Shown: piece after piece, positions 27,556-56,750 of the stretch
Layout: each line of letters begins with the position of its first letter
How positions within the stretch are numbered: position 1 is the first letter of the stretch
Origin: Tubiluchus corallicola
Taxonomy: Eukaryota > Animalia > Priapulida
NCBI GenBank assembly: GCA_030141605.1
Contig: JAQGDQ010000204.1
Coordinates: forward strand, 248,001 to 312,000
DNA length: 64,000 nucleotides
Reading direction: 5' to 3'
The notes under the pieces: model-generated
The model's database searches: none
What the model saw: the letters and a program-made list of their open reading frames with translations, nothing else
What the model was told of the DNA's origin: nothing
Position numbers and translations under genes: made by a program

Positions 27556-42696
<15,141 letters not shown>

Positions 42697-43878
42697 AATA
42701 ACCCTGCATTCTTGCATGAAAAGCTCAGTTTAAAGTGGTTTTTGGATACTACATAAACGCTCCTTTAGGCAGGAACTCAGAGCCGTGGGAAAACGCCTCA
42801 AGAGGGAAGAAAAGAAAAGGGAAGAAACATCAAAAACTCGCAAGGCAAAGAGACGGAAAAAAGAGAAGGCGTATTGTTTGGACAACGACAAAACAACAAT
42901 TTAAGTGTAATATAATACAATTTATTTAATGTCAACCAACGTATCATATTTATTTGCTAAAAAGAAAAACGACAGTTAATATCACTGCTTGCTTGAATAT
43001 TTTGCGCTGCATATATTTCGTCCTATAAATTTTATAACACAAAAACCACCAATTTTTGTTGTATCTTGGTCTTTGACATGTTAGCTGCACAGTAAACGAA
43101 GTAGTGAAGTGTGTAATTTTTAAAACAATTTCAAAAATTGCAAAATAGTTTCTGCGTCAAACGGGGACACTACTACTATAAGCTACGTAACCCTTCGTCA
43201 TTCCTGTTACAAATTACTTTCAGAAATAAAAAATAAAGTCATGCTTTTTTATAACCTATCCTCTAGCTATGTCTATTTCATTAAGTACATAAAATACATG
43301 GGTACAAAACACAATTGAAGTTACGTGATTAAAATGAATAATTATTACAAAATTCTAAATAAGTCTGCGCGATAATATATGAAATGTAGGGTGTGGATTA
43401 TCCAAGCGATGTGGATGAAATTTCAAATGAATAAACTAACGTTTTTGACTGCGTAAACGTAAAATGTAAGATTCTGCTTCTGTGACAAGAAACAACTTAC
43501 AATTAATTCATACAAATATTAATAATTGTTTTCACAACAATGTTACATAAAATAGTATTAATAACTCTTTACGCAGTTGTATGTAGATTTTATTTAGACT
43601 ATAAGTGATTCCTAGTCTGAAAGGTTGATTCCAGAAAAACTACAATAATCATGCGTAATTCGATATCTTGACTACTGATTATAAAAATAAATTTACTATT
43701 GTCGTTTTGTATGGCAGAAAATGCAGGAACGAAATTTTCAGTATTATTAAAAAGTGTCAGTCTATCATCCTAATAACGTGGACATTTCATGACTATTCAT
43801 ATAATTGACTGTTTCATGGATGATAGCTCAGTATTAGTTAAAATCTTATGAGCTCATACAGGAGGCTTTATATGTCTA

Positions 43879-43989
43879 ATTCACAACTGTTGTGTAACAA
43901 TTGGCAAACATTAAAACAATTCCCAATAAAAACAAATGGCATGTGATAGTCTTTTTAATAACATCTAAATACGCAAAGCAGAATTACAT
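43879..43989 (+). repeat. Dispersed ~110-bp direct repeat, copy 1
   Basis: About 16 differences in 111 nt from 54235-54344 by hand alignment. Confidence 0.85.
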
Positions 43990-45084
43990 TAAAAATCGAG
44001 CTGGAATACATAAGGGCCTCCACTAAATGTTACGGGAAAACCTGACCCAATGTTAGAGTATATCTCAAAACAATTGTCGGAAACATCTTTCCGATTGGAC
44101 TATAATTTTATATTATTCTACTTAAAGCTAGTTAAGAAGTATTCCATATATAGTAGGAACGTATACTTCTGTAGCTTAATTGCAATGAATAACTTTAAAG
44201 GCAAGTGAATCACTCGCCTCCTTAACTACGAATCATCTAAATGCATATGGTAATATAAGAATGTAGACAGGAAGCTGATCCTTGGGAAAGACCTGTCTGG
44301 CACATGAAATGGTTGGAACACGTCTTTTCCCATGTGATAACAATTTCTAACATGTTTATAACTAACTTGTAGCCAATGTATAGGGCGATTTAGAGAGTAC
44401 TTAAAAAAGTGAGTACCAAACTTACACCTCTTATTTCTGGAGAACGGGAACTTTCCAGGCGTGGTGTCTATAATAGTTGGATAGCCCGTTCGACAGCGGG
44501 TGCTATAGGCGTATTTAGAATTCGTGTGAAGGCCACGGTTTCCCGCAACCGGCGTTTTCCCGGACACAACTCTCGATTTTTTCGAAATTTCGAAAGAATC
44601 CCATGCAGAAAGAACGCCTGGTCAGGCTCTTGAAAGTAGATTTATAACTCTCTTGAAAGAGGAGGAACTTGGCGACGCGCCTCTACTCTACCAAGAGAAA
44701 CTGTGACGAGTTGATTGGAGGTTCCGTTTTAGGCGATTCTTGCTTGGAAAATTGCTGACACAAAACCATTGTTCTGACGTCATTCCATTGTGCCCTGCCT
44801 ATAATTTTGCTTCAGTAAAAGGCTACTGCTGACTGTTAGAATGGAAGTTTTATAATATTAGTCTATTACGATCAAAAGTAGCACTTTCTAAACACTATGT
44901 AGAATATAGAAGCATTATTGATCATTGGTGAATGCGTCTAATACCATCTGTCATAGTACACGGTTTCAACCTTGGACAAAATGGTTTCACTATACTGCTG
45001 CGCAGGTGGTGCTGGCATTGTAGGTGTCATCATTGTCGTCGTCATAATCATCGTAACCGTCATCGTCATCATGATCACAATGTG

Positions 45085-45300
45085 ATGTTGTGGATGGTGT
45101 GGTGTGGTGGGTGAGGGTGTGGTATAGTGCGTTTGGTATGGTGTGGTGTAGAGCTGTGTGTTGTAGGTAATGTTGGTGTAGCCTTGTGGGTATGGTGTGG
45201 TGTGGTGTTGTGGGTGTGGTGTGGTGTGATGTGATGTGGATGACGTTGGTAGTACTGTGGGTGATGTGGTGTGATGTGGTGTGGTGGATATGGTTTGGTT
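45085..45300. repeat. Degenerate (GGTGT)n pentanucleotide repeat
   Basis: Directly visible. Confidence 0.85.
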
Positions 45301-46070
45301 TATTATTGCGGGTTTATGCGCAAAATTTTTACGAGGTTTGGCTAGTAAGCAAATAACTGTTTAAAAGCATCGCACACATAACTTTTCCTTCTTGTAACAG
45401 AATTATTGATTGATTATTAAGACATAGGTAGTTGTCATAGTATAGTGCCCGATTACCAGGCACTGTTTACAGCTCAAGTGTTGCCGTCTATACTAAATTT
45501 ATTAACGAAATAGCAGTCTTGGGCCTTTGTTATCTATCGAGTTTCAAAATACTATTTTGCACAATTTTCAAGAGTTGTTTCGTTTATTAAAATTGCGCCT
45601 ATTTGTAAAGTTTCTTGTATTTGGGTAAAGAGCGTCATAGATATTGTCACCTATACTTGTGCAAACACCCCATGACGTGCGACTTGCAGCACTTGGTCCA
45701 CACGAAATCAACAATGAAATCATCAGAAACAAATAAGGATAAGACAACGTAAATAAGTAACAGATGTAGAGGATTACACCGTTACACACGCAGTTGCTCT
45801 TCAAGATATTGTTTGTTATAATTATTTGCAGAAAGTCAGAATTAAGTAACTCGCACGTTTGTAATGACAAGCTATTGGAGTACCTGTTAATTAGGACTAC
45901 ATTTAATTATAGTCCTTGTAACTTACACAGAGGTCAAGTTGCTGCAACTCTAATTATTTTAGATGCAAGATGGCTGAATCTGGCACTCTATCAAAAATCG
46001 TGCATCATACGTTCCACTGGCGTTCACCTAGTCAGCCTTGGACGGATAAGAAAACAAATAAACCTTTCAC

Positions 46071-46078
46071 TATATAAG
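46071..46078 (+). promoter_or_regulatory. TATA box of the astacin gene
   Basis: TATATAAG 82 bp upstream of the ATG at 46153. Confidence 0.5.
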
Positions 46079-46152
46079 ATGGGATATGAAGCTTCCGGAC
46101 AGTGTCTAGAACTAGAGCCTTACTGTTTCAAGACTTACGGTAAACTGCCACA

Positions 46153-46250
46153 ATGAAGCTGCTAGCAATCTTATTTTTATGCCTCAGCGTTGCCTTCGCT
46201 AGAGAAGAAGGTCTAATGGAACATATTATCAAAACTAATCTGAGTAAGTT

Positions 46251-46305
<55 letters not shown>

Positions 46306-49300
46306 AAACTCTTCCTAAATACCTAAGTATTATAAATCTTAGCCTGAAACTGCATTTTGTTCTTTGCGCTATATCGTTAAACGCAAGGCCAAGCCTTCTG
46401 GGAAGTTAGGCTTATTTCGATGTTCGGCAAAAATGTTAGAAGGATTTAGTATGCGCTATGCTTAGTAAAATTAGTAAAATTATGTGTAATTAGTAAAATC
46501 AGTTTAAAGTTACAATTATTTCACGCCTGAGTGCTCCATTTTAAATGTTCACTTTTCCACCAATGACGTCATTCATCGACAGAAGGAAAGTTCCGTGTAA
46601 AGTATAATATAATAAGTTTTTGCAAAAAATTGATTTTTTCAAATTTTTACATAAACATTTTTACATTTTTGCATTAGTTAAGCGGTAGAAGTTTGAATTA
46701 TTTTAACAAGCGCACACTTTCGAAAAGTCACAATGTACTTACGAAAATCACGAGGTCCACTAGTTACCTCATAATTTTCAAGTGAATGGCGGCTACCACC
46801 GCGTTTGAAAATTTTTATTCAGTGGTGCTATAAACGAATTTTATGCTTTATAAACAGTTTCTTTTAAATTTCTTTGTTGTATTTTCCTAAGTTTAAATGA
46901 CAGAAGTAAGACCAACCCAACATGCTAAATGGCATGTCCTTTTCTTTAAAGTTCTGCTGTTATAACGCAATTATAAATATCACCATTTTATTTACACTGT
47001 TAGTCTAATTTTGGTGAATGTTGGGAAATTGGCTCTGAAATGTTCAGTAAGCCAGAGATTAGACTAAACTAAATTTTGTAATTAATAATAGGCAGGCATA
47101 AACTCTTTTATTTTACGCAGATGTTCATGAATGAAACTTGGTTTAAGCTTACCCATTTGTCTTTCTTCTTGTAGGATACCGAGGGGCACCAGGGACATTG
47201 GTGGAAGGAGACATGTTAATACCAGATGATGTGAGCAGCTTTTCTTACAAATACCTTGCTAACGGCACGTTCTCTCTGACAGCAAATTCGCAAGAGTGAA
47301 ATGCAATGCGAGTTACTGTCGGTAAAAAATTGCAAACTCCTCGAGAGAGGCTGCGAGTTGAGTTACTGTCTAATGCAAACGTCTCGGCGAGTTGCTCTCG
47401 ACACTTCTCGCAGTGAATAGAGGTGTGGGTGTCAGTTCACACTTGCTGTCCCAGCAAGTTTTGCTCTCTAGTTTGAGCATGCTAGGGAATTACTTGGCGA
47501 GTTAACGTAGCCAGATAACTCATTAGTCTGAATGCGCCATAATTATTACAATAAGCTGACTAGTTGACATCTATATATCTATTATCTATCTAATTGAAAA
47601 ACTGAAAAAGAAAATTACTTACTTTGCTGATTTTTTTACAGGCTCAGCTCCGTGGTGGCATCAAGAATGAGTGGTATCGATGGCCCAAAAAGAATGGTTA
47701 CGTAGAAATACCATACGTGCGTGACAACTCTCTAGGTGACACAGTTTATATTTCAAAACTAAAATATAGCGTACTATTTCTAAAGCCTATGATACACCAA
47801 GCGTCCTGCATCTCGAAGCAAAAAATAACGTAATTATTGACAATGGATGACGAAGCCAAAAATTTTGTCAGCGGACATTAGAAGCTCTTCCTATTTTTTG
47901 AGCATCTGGGGTCCAGCGTCTGTTTTTCAACCAGCCAATAATGACTGAGACTGCGATAGCATCTCTTGAACTATTTTATACACTACCAAATAGTTTCACC
48001 ATAGCACATTGTATCACAGCGCTGGCTGTTTCTATTGACTGAACGTCGTACTACATTCTCCCGGTTGACGTTAAATTAAAACTTTTGCCGAGTTTTCGTC
48101 ACAGTTATTTGGTTTGCCTATTTAAGGTCATAGACTTTTCTTCTTACCAGGTTCTAATCAGTATCAGGCCTTTTTGGACGCCGTTGCAGACTACAACTAT
48201 TACACCTGCATTAGATGGATACCGAGAGGATCTGAAAGCAATTACGTTAGACTTATAAATGGTGGTGGGTAAGTATTGCCATTTCAAAAATTCCTTGTAC
48301 ATTACATAAACTTTTCAAAATCCACATCCTAGAATGATTATTTTTAAAAAGCGAATTCTTCTGTACTTTACAAATCAGTTCTGTATTAAATATTAAGGCA
48401 ACCAACACAGTTTGTTTCCGAACTCTGCCAATACCGAGGCCAGTTCGTACTGTGATGTTGTCGCTGTAAAATAACAAACAAAGGGTATACAAACCAGCTT
48501 GTACAGGAAGAAAACCGTCTCAGTTTACTCAGGAAACAGCTTGTTGATGTGAACTCGTCTATAATAGTATACCAAGTTTTTTTTCTATTTTTCAAAATAC
48601 AATGGGAAGAACAGAACTAATTACAGTTACAAACATTAAGAAAGGGGGAAAATGATATTGTATGGGCTCTCAGTAATAATAATAATAATAATTTCATTCA
48701 AGGCATAGTCCAAGGATCACAAGTTAAGTAACTTGATACTTATTTCCAAAGTGATACTGATTATTATTACCCGCACGTTACTTGCTTGCTTGGTCGAAGA
48801 ATCAGCGGCACTATTTTTCAAATCTTTGGTATGACTCGGCCGAGAGTTGAACTCACGACCTCCCGAGTGGTAAGCCAGCACGCTACCATTGAGCTACGAA
48901 ACCCGATAAAAGTGTATTATGTTTACTAGCCCATAGCTTGCTGTACCAAGTCAGTACAAACAACATGGAGAATCTTATCTTTTAACCAGCTAACATACAC
49001 ATCGTGGAAGATTTGTGTAAAGTGAGCCATTGTTTACACAGTTGATTCGGACCAAGCAAGTTCTTCTTGTTAGTTTTTACGTTTAAATAACACTTTATCA
49101 TTAAACTTCATTTGAACTTTAAAATATAGCCGTTATTAGGTAGCAAACGGAATTAACTACTTGCTACTTTTTCTAGGCACGAAACTTTTTCTAATGCTGT
49201 GTAACAACCACTTTCCACCATTAGTTTTACTAAGTATAAGACCCAGAAAAGTTAAGTTAAATACCCCTACTGCTGTACGAATATGTTAACTGTTTTTGCT

Positions 49301-50433
49301 TTTCCACGTAGCTGTTGGTCGTACATTGGTCGCCTAGGCTGGGGACAGCAGGATTTGTCTCTAGGATCTGGATGCGAGTACAAATCCACGGCTATCCATG
49401 AAATGATGCACGCAGCAGGGTTCTACCACACCCAAAGCAGAACTGATCGTGATTATTATGTAACTACGTACATGGAGAACTGCATGTCAGGTAGGTAATC
49501 TTTAAGTTAGTATAAAAGCTTTTTTATAGGGTTAAGAAAGGGAATGTTAAAGTATGCTCCAAAAAACTTCTCGTACAAAGTCATATTACTTAGCATTACG
49601 GTTACCTGTTTGAAAGACTTATGTAATTGGAAATTATTAAAAAGATGAAATGTTTTGCGCCAGATGGCAAAATGCCATTGTACCATTATGCCAAGTCTGT
49701 ACCACTGGCTCAGCAAAAAAACGTATTATTGATCTTATTGACAGTACAAATCATTTACATTTTTACAGTGTGTTATGAATGCTCTGATTATTTCAAACTT
49801 TAAGCTAAAACGACTTATCGTTAAAATGGTTACGCCTAGTGGCTATCTCCGGAATTTGATTTACATGTTTTATACAGCATTACTGATAACGCAAGCTCTG
49901 TATGCAGTAAGACAAGATGTAAGTGATACAAATTTCAAGACGAATTTTTAAAGCATTACTCATGAAGAGCGTATCCTTTAATGTAAATGTACAAAGTGTT
50001 CTCCTATACCTAAACTAGGTGCATCTACTTTTGTAATGCCATTATGGCAAATTTTCAGTTAATTTCTTTATTGTTTCAACCTAAAATTTCAATTTATGTA
50101 CCTTGATGTAACTATGTTACTCTTTACTTCATTTTAAGTTATCGTATGCCTTGTTATATGCCTATTTTCCAATTTTTTTCAGGACAAGAACATAATTTCG
50201 ATAAGCAATCATTAGACCAAATCGACCTGTATGGAACTTACGATATCTTCTCAGTCATGCATTATGATTGCTATTCCTTTTCTAAAAACGGAAGGCCTAC
50301 CATCACCGCAAAAGGTGATTCGTCTTGCACACAAAGCTTGGGACAGCCATACGTGGGCGGTGGTTTTCGACAGAGTGACATTGACAAACTCAACTCAATG
50401 TACGGATGTTACACCACGAGACCAAGAGTGTAA
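46153..50433 (+). CDS. Secreted astacin-family (M12A) zinc metalloprotease; signal + propeptide + catalytic domain only, 262 aa
   Basis: Exons 46153-46243, 47175-47230, 47642-47735, 48151-48268, 49312-49490, 50183-50433 (789 nt). Signal MKLLAILFLCLSVAFA, propeptide VEGDM, GCWSYIGR, HEMMHAAGFYHTQSRTDRD, Met-turn SVMHY; AATAAA at 50742. Confidence 0.93.
46255..46304. repeat. (TA)n microsatellite
   Basis: Directly visible. Confidence 0.9.
48672..48900 (-). mobile_element. tRNA-derived SINE in astacin intron 4
   Basis: Minus strand reads gtagctcaatggtagcg (A box)..gagttcaactctc (B box), then gagtcataccaaagatttgaaaaatagt and a (TTA)n tail. Confidence 0.8.
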
Positions 50434-51133
50434 TTTGTTTGTTCATTTTTGAACGTGCAAGGTGTGTATTTAAGCAAACCACCAAGATGTATATGTAGTT
50501 AGCAACATAATTCTACAAAACATTTCAAACAAATGCCAGGTTTATCTGAAAAGTCTGCCAGATATATATAAGGAATGAAGCTTGTAATGTATGTGGATAT
50601 CACGTTCCAAACTACATTTACATGTGTAACCTGCTTGGTGTTTTTGCTTAAATCATGATTTACTTTAATCATAATTAAATGATGTACCTGATTACTTTTG
50701 GGTGAAAATTTATGGCTGATCTATTGGATGGAAAATTTATGAATAAAGATGCCGAAGACCCGGCATTGCTTCTGTATTCAAATTAAAACTACATGTATAC
50801 AGATATAATGACACATTCTAAAGAAACGATTTATGTGTACAGACCTTTTTGGATATTGTTTGATATATGATGTAGTTTATTTTAATCTGAGATGGTTAGA
50901 GCACGTACATACAGTGTCTAGAAGTTCAGCGTTACATCGCCTACAACTTACAATTTTGGTTAGTTGTAATACATGCAATTAATAAAAATATTAAATTTAT
51001 ATCTAAATTAGATTAAGATATAACCACGTGTTAAATACAAGTTATCATAAAAGAAAAGACAACTTCTGATCTGTTCGTGTTTCAGTATAGACAAATTATG
51101 CTATAATAAAATGTCGTCTTGTTTAAAATGAAG

Positions 51134-51135
<2 letters not shown>

Positions 51136-51190
<55 letters not shown>
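51136..51190. repeat. (GA)n microsatellite
   Basis: Directly visible. Confidence 0.95.
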
Positions 51191-51194
<4 letters not shown>

Positions 51195-52099
51195 TAAAAT
51201 GCTCATGTGTTGCTAACAAACCATGATGTTGATAAGAAAGTACAACACTGTAAACATGACTAGCAGTACAGCTTGATGCTGACAACAAATAGTAACAAAG
51301 TGTGACAAAAGCATAAAGCTTGTAGAAAGCGTCAAGAAACCATATGATAACAATAAGAATTAAAGTAAAGAAACAATAACGGTAACAAGGTAAGTCAACA
51401 AAGAAAGTGCAAGTAATAAAGTTGGAAAACGTTGGAAATTATTTAAAAAAGTGAACAAATGTGGCTTAGCTGAAACGAATATCAAAATATTGCCAATAAA
51501 CTGCAAAGAAAGCACGACGACGACAATAAGCAGAAAAAATTTGCAGGACAGTAACAAAGTTTAAAAAAATACATTTGTAGCAAATTTATGCCAAATTTAG
51601 GCAAAACTCATTCAAAAATCTATAAGAAAAAAGAGACACACGTACATTAGTAATCTTTACAAATTTTGATCAGTTACATATTTACAAAAAAAAATTACAC
51701 TCAAAATTAGACTCAAAAATTACACGCAAAAGAAGAATCTCTTGCTTCTATTGTGTTTACAATGTCAACGGCCAAAAATATTTTACATATTTGATTTTCA
51801 GTTAAGTTGCATTCCTTGTTAAAAATATGTGGTCTTGCTTGTTTCTGCTTAGATATCATCAGTTTAAAATCTACATTATATTTTTGGCATGTATATTTGA
51901 TATTATTACTCATACATCTTAAAACCGAATAAAAACTTTGCTGTGCAAAAAAGACGCCAAACTATTAAAGCTTTGAAAACATTTATAGAAGAAGTTCACA
52001 TATCTAGCTATAATTTGGATACTAAGCCTTATAACATTGCAAATGTAGGGCAGAAAATACCTATGTGATTTTCTTGGAAGTTTCGTGAAAATGGTGACA

Positions 52100-53100
52100 A
52101 GAAACTGTTCATAAAATCTGTAGAAAAAACTGTCTACATGAAGCAATTATAATAAACTCCAATAAAAACATAATCCTCGTAACAGAATGAATTTAAGTAT
52201 GACTCTATTAAAATCTAATAAAAACTTTATGCGGATAAAGAAACTACATATCAAAAAAACTTTGGTCTTTGATGCTTGAAACAAACGGTAATTAAGCATT
52301 TTATTTTATTTTATTTTATTAGACATGTTATATCGCATCTGCCTTGTTACTTTGGTCATCTATCCGCTTTTATTAGACTTGTCGAAAGATTCTGACACTG
52401 TCAAAAGAAAAAATGTTAAACTCCTTAGAAAAATCTTGGAAGATGATAACATCCCCACAGTTAGTATTCTGCTGGAAAATTTCAAAGTATAAATTAGACG
52501 CGAAGGCAAATTATAGAAACTTTTTTCAATTTATTGGCGTGCCTCTGGGAGACTCCCTTAGTTCCATTTTATTTTCTTTCAATTTGGCTGTTGCTTTGGA
52601 GAAATCTACAGTTATATAGAACAGGTTCACTTGCAAAACAACAATGACATGACTTTGTATTAGATCCAAACAAGTTACCATATGAAGTAAGGTGATATTT
52701 CTTTTCCGGCGAAATGAAAAGAAGAGACTGAAATCACCAACGAACTGTTCCAGATTATGTCCAAGAAATGAAATTAAAGTTAAACGAAAACAAGATTTTG
52801 ATATTAAATGTACAAAAATGTTATGAAGCCTAGATGACATGTACATGCATATCTGGGTAGTCTCTGAGACTTTGAAGAAGGTGTCAAAAGAAGAAAAATA
52901 TAGGTTCCAGTAGTTTTCACAAAACTTATAAAAGTCTTCAGTAACAAAAGTATTAGAGTGAGCTGTGAATTTACGATTTCAACACTCTCGCTCTCGTATC
53001 TTCTATTTCTCTGTACAGTTCAGAATTCTGGAGTTGAAAATAAATAATCAATTCAACCATCAAAGAAACCACAAGACAAATTGCCCACACGGTGGATTTC
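52100..53100 (+). mobile_element. Highly decayed LINE reverse transcriptase remnant
   Basis: Collinear motifs LLDLSKDSDTVKR (~52370), IGVPLGDSLSSILF (~52535) and YLGS (~52850), broken by stops and frameshifts; boundaries approximate. Confidence 0.6.
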
Positions 53101-54234
53101 ATACAAAAAGATCTCTTTGGAACATCTCTAACTATAAAAGATACTCACTTTGGAGAGCAGTTAAAAATCTCTCGTGTGATGGCAGGTGGACAGTTGATAT
53201 CTTTGGACGTTTTAGCATGCGTCAGGACAGAATGCTTGGCGGTGAATAACGGTAAACATGATGGTGGCAAGCAGAGTGTATAGAAAAATGGTAATTTTCT
53301 TGCGCTATAAACACTTTGTAAGAAAAACATGATGAAGACAAACACACTACAAAAAATGTAGTCACTTACTCTTTGCTGTTAGATGATTGACCAGCCAAAT
53401 GTATTTTATTATTACTGATGTTACTAAAATGTTGTATTTATACTGTTCACGTATATAAGGTTAACCATTCTCTCCTGAGTGCAATTGAGCCAATTGTTTT
53501 ATCAAATGAAGCGTGATAATAATTGTGATGCCCATTATTCTTTTATTGCACTTGGGACTTGCACCATGGAGATACCTGTATCAGATGCAGTTTGTTTTGT
53601 AAATCCACTACAAATAAATAATGTTTAAGCCAAACTACGAAGAAACGTGTTTAGTGTTGAAAATAAATCGAAAGGGTAATGTTGCAAAGCTGTACAATAC
53701 TTTCAGCAAGCAGTTAATAAAACATGAGATTGACCGTGAAAAAGATATGAATTCAACGTTTACACCAAAGTTACTATAACACTGCTGTAAACAAAAAGAA
53801 AGTATGCATGTTGTTCACAAAAAACTGTAACGAAAAAATGATGCTGTTGAGTGTCGCGGGCCACTGTCATTTATAAAGCTTACTCGTTTAGGGAGTAGAA
53901 AATACGCAAAACAGTAAAAGGCTCAGCAATGTCTTATTATTATGCCGCTTTAGTTGTGATAATTTTACATGCTTAGCAGAGAAACAACAGAAACAATTTC
54001 CAATGTCTTTGGTTTTCTTAGTTGCATAAGGGAAAGTAAGTCTAATACCCAGTGGTGCGGTTTTCAAACTTCACTGTCCTTTAATAATGTTATTCACCAT
54101 AATTATTAGTTGGTAACAAACAAGTGATTTTTGGCAATCCAGCAAAAGTGTCCTTGTCAGTGTCAAAGTTTGTGTAATTCCAGATTGTTATAACGACGCA
54201 AATACACACTGTGTTATAAGCTCACACTAGAGTT

Positions 54235-54344
54235 ATTCACAACTGCTTTACAACAATCGGCAAACATTAAACAATTCCCAAAAACGGCAAATGACACGTC
54301 ATAGTCTTTTTATAACATCTAAATACGCACAGCAGAATTATATA
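54235..54344 (+). repeat. Dispersed ~110-bp direct repeat, copy 2
   Basis: Matches 43879-43989. Confidence 0.85.
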
Positions 54345-55223
54345 TAAACTTTATTTATTTTAAGTGGATTGACATACAGTAATATTACTGATCGGAGTTG
54401 TTACATTGTGCAACAAAGACATTTTAGTTGAGAACAGATATATATACAACTGGTTATCAAGAGGCCGTAATGAGTTGGCATGTCAATAAATTAAAACAAA
54501 ATGTGATTTAGAAGCACGTCATGCGGTACAGTACCGCTACTATTATTATCACCAGCTGCAAACCAATTCATTTTTTGCATTGAAGTCGCCTACTATAACT
54601 AACAAGTCATGTTGAATTTTTATTGCTTTTTCAAGACTAGTATCAAAGGCTTTTATGAAGTTTTCAACAGAAGTAGCTGATTGATTTGGTGGACCATCAT
54701 ATACGGCAAAGATAATTTTTTGTCACGTGTCCTTATTTTTAACCAAACGTTTTCGCCCAAAACTGGGTCACTTTCCAGATCATTTACTCTAGAATGAACA
54801 AGGCAACTGCCGTCATACATTGCTCATCAAAGTTTTGAACCATAATTAAACTATTGGCCCGGGCTTAAGCCATGTTTCGCTTAGTGCTAGGATTTCCAGG
54901 TATAATGAACCCGCTAATTCAATTAATTCTTCAAGTTTTAAGTAAGAATCGTTAGCTAGCAGACTCTGGACATTGGCAGGTACAAATGACAGGTTGCCCA
55001 TTAGTGGGCTGGGATTCAAGTCAACGTCACCTTATAATAAGATCAATAAACTTACGGTAAACTAAGGCTTAAGCCCATAATTAAACTAACAGTTAAACTA
55101 GCCATAATTAGGATATTAGAAAGATTTGGTAATAGTGTGTATTTACTGTAAGTGTATTGAAAAAATGCATTTTAAGGTAGTGTCGCCACAATAAAGGTAA
55201 CAGAACACCTTTAGTGGTAATGT

Positions 55224-55842
55224 CAGAGGCGTAGCAAGATGGGCAACAGGAGGCAATCTGCAAGGGGAGAGGCGTCTAGAATTCAATGACTGTTAATTAT
55301 TAATTACTAATCCGACATTAAGAAAACAATTAAACTGCAAAAAATTGCCAAACCACAAATCATCGTAGCTGACTTAGTTACTACATTGAGCATAGAAAAA
55401 AGGCTAATTTTGTTGTTATTTAACCGCCAGTGTCGTATGGCGCGTGACTCAGCAGATCGATAATTTTGGGAGAAACAGCGACATTTCTCTAAAATACCGA
55501 TTGTATAAACCTGTAGTGTTCTGTATCTTTCATAATCTTTTGTATGTTTAATACTTTTGTATGTTTTAATACTGGAGCTGAATCTTTAAGGACTGCCGTG
55601 TTTATGAACAACTTATGCAGAGAAGAGTTTATTCTGGCGCAGTACCGCAAATCAAACTCAATGTGATTCTCAGAAAAAAATCGTTAATCTTTATCCCATC
55701 ATGTCGAAAAAGGAAAGCCTGGCTCAGGGATGCAAAAAACGCACACAATTTGTGGATTCAGCCACGAAACAAATCACCAAAACATTAGAAATGTATGGCG
55801 CTTGAAGTTTTTTGCAACCGGGCGCCACTTGCTACGTCACTA
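55224..55842. mobile_element. hAT-like non-autonomous element (MITE)
   Basis: Termini cagaggcgtagcaag / cttgctacgtcacta resemble CAGTGGCGTAGC-type TIRs; the 8-bp flanks match only partly (ggtaatgt vs tgtattat). Confidence 0.5.
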
Positions 55843-56750
55843 TGTATTATGTAACTTTAAGGCCACAAATAGTTTTTCTTTCAGTTTCTGTTACTAAAAT
55901 GGTCTGTGAACGAAATCAATTGTTGTGCAAGTATCAAGTATTGCTATTGTATTTTATGAAATGGTGGCCACTATTGTGTGGTCGATCTTAAATCACGTGT
56001 GTGTTAATTATAAAACCCTCGCTGTACCAAAAAATAAAACTAGCCGACTGTACAACAGTTGGGTAACGTAACCTGTGACAGAAACTATATGCGCTTCCCT
56101 CACTTGCCACATTCTAAGGCGATGCCTTCCTGTAAACTTTCTATTACTTGAAACAATAACATGCTTAACTAGAGGCAAACTTCCACCATTACTGCTCATT
56201 GTGTCTCTAAAGACATTGACTTATAGCACTTTTTGGCATTGAAGGCAGCATATGCAAAGCTGGTTTTGCTAGTCAGAGAGTCAGAGATTTTCAGTTAAAA
56301 TTTGAGCAAAGTTACGTCCAATATTGGTTAGTATCATTTTTTTATTATTACCTTATATTACTTACATACATTTATTAGGCCTACTTAGTTTGGCTGTTGC
56401 GATTCAATAAAATCTTTGCCATTTAAAATTATTCACTTTAAATTCATTTTCATTAACTTGTTTATTTTGTTGAACTGGCAGTTCGTAGACGTCTATCGAT
56501 AATATATTTACTTTTCTCAATAAACTGAATAGTGTGAAAATGAAAACGGAAATGAAAACGGAAACAAAATTTGGTTCTGGGTTATTACTTTGCCAACGTG
56601 TGTGTGTGCATGATACGCCCATCGTGTAGTTGGAATAACATCCAGGCCTAGTTTTTCTCACTTCGTGAAGCTTTCTTTTCACCAAACTGTAGTTATACTT
56701 GTGATTTTACCAGAAATTCTGCAGCCAGTTGATCCGCAATAACAAAAACA

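Noticed and set aside
44226-44800. GC-richer patch with overlapping ORFs
   Set aside because: No motif, splice partner or terminal repeats I could establish; probably an unclassified repeat.
45794-46156. 120-aa ORF with hydrophobic start just before astacin
   Set aside because: Non-ATG start, different frame from astacin, and it covers the astacin TATA box and 5' UTR.
48830-48900. Possible tRNA gene (also 57115-57190)
   Set aside because: A and B boxes are present but no proper cloverleaf, and each runs into a SINE body.
54380-54960. Possible minus-strand reverse transcriptase remnant (FIKAFDT-like)
   Set aside because: Only one convincing short motif; too decayed to support.
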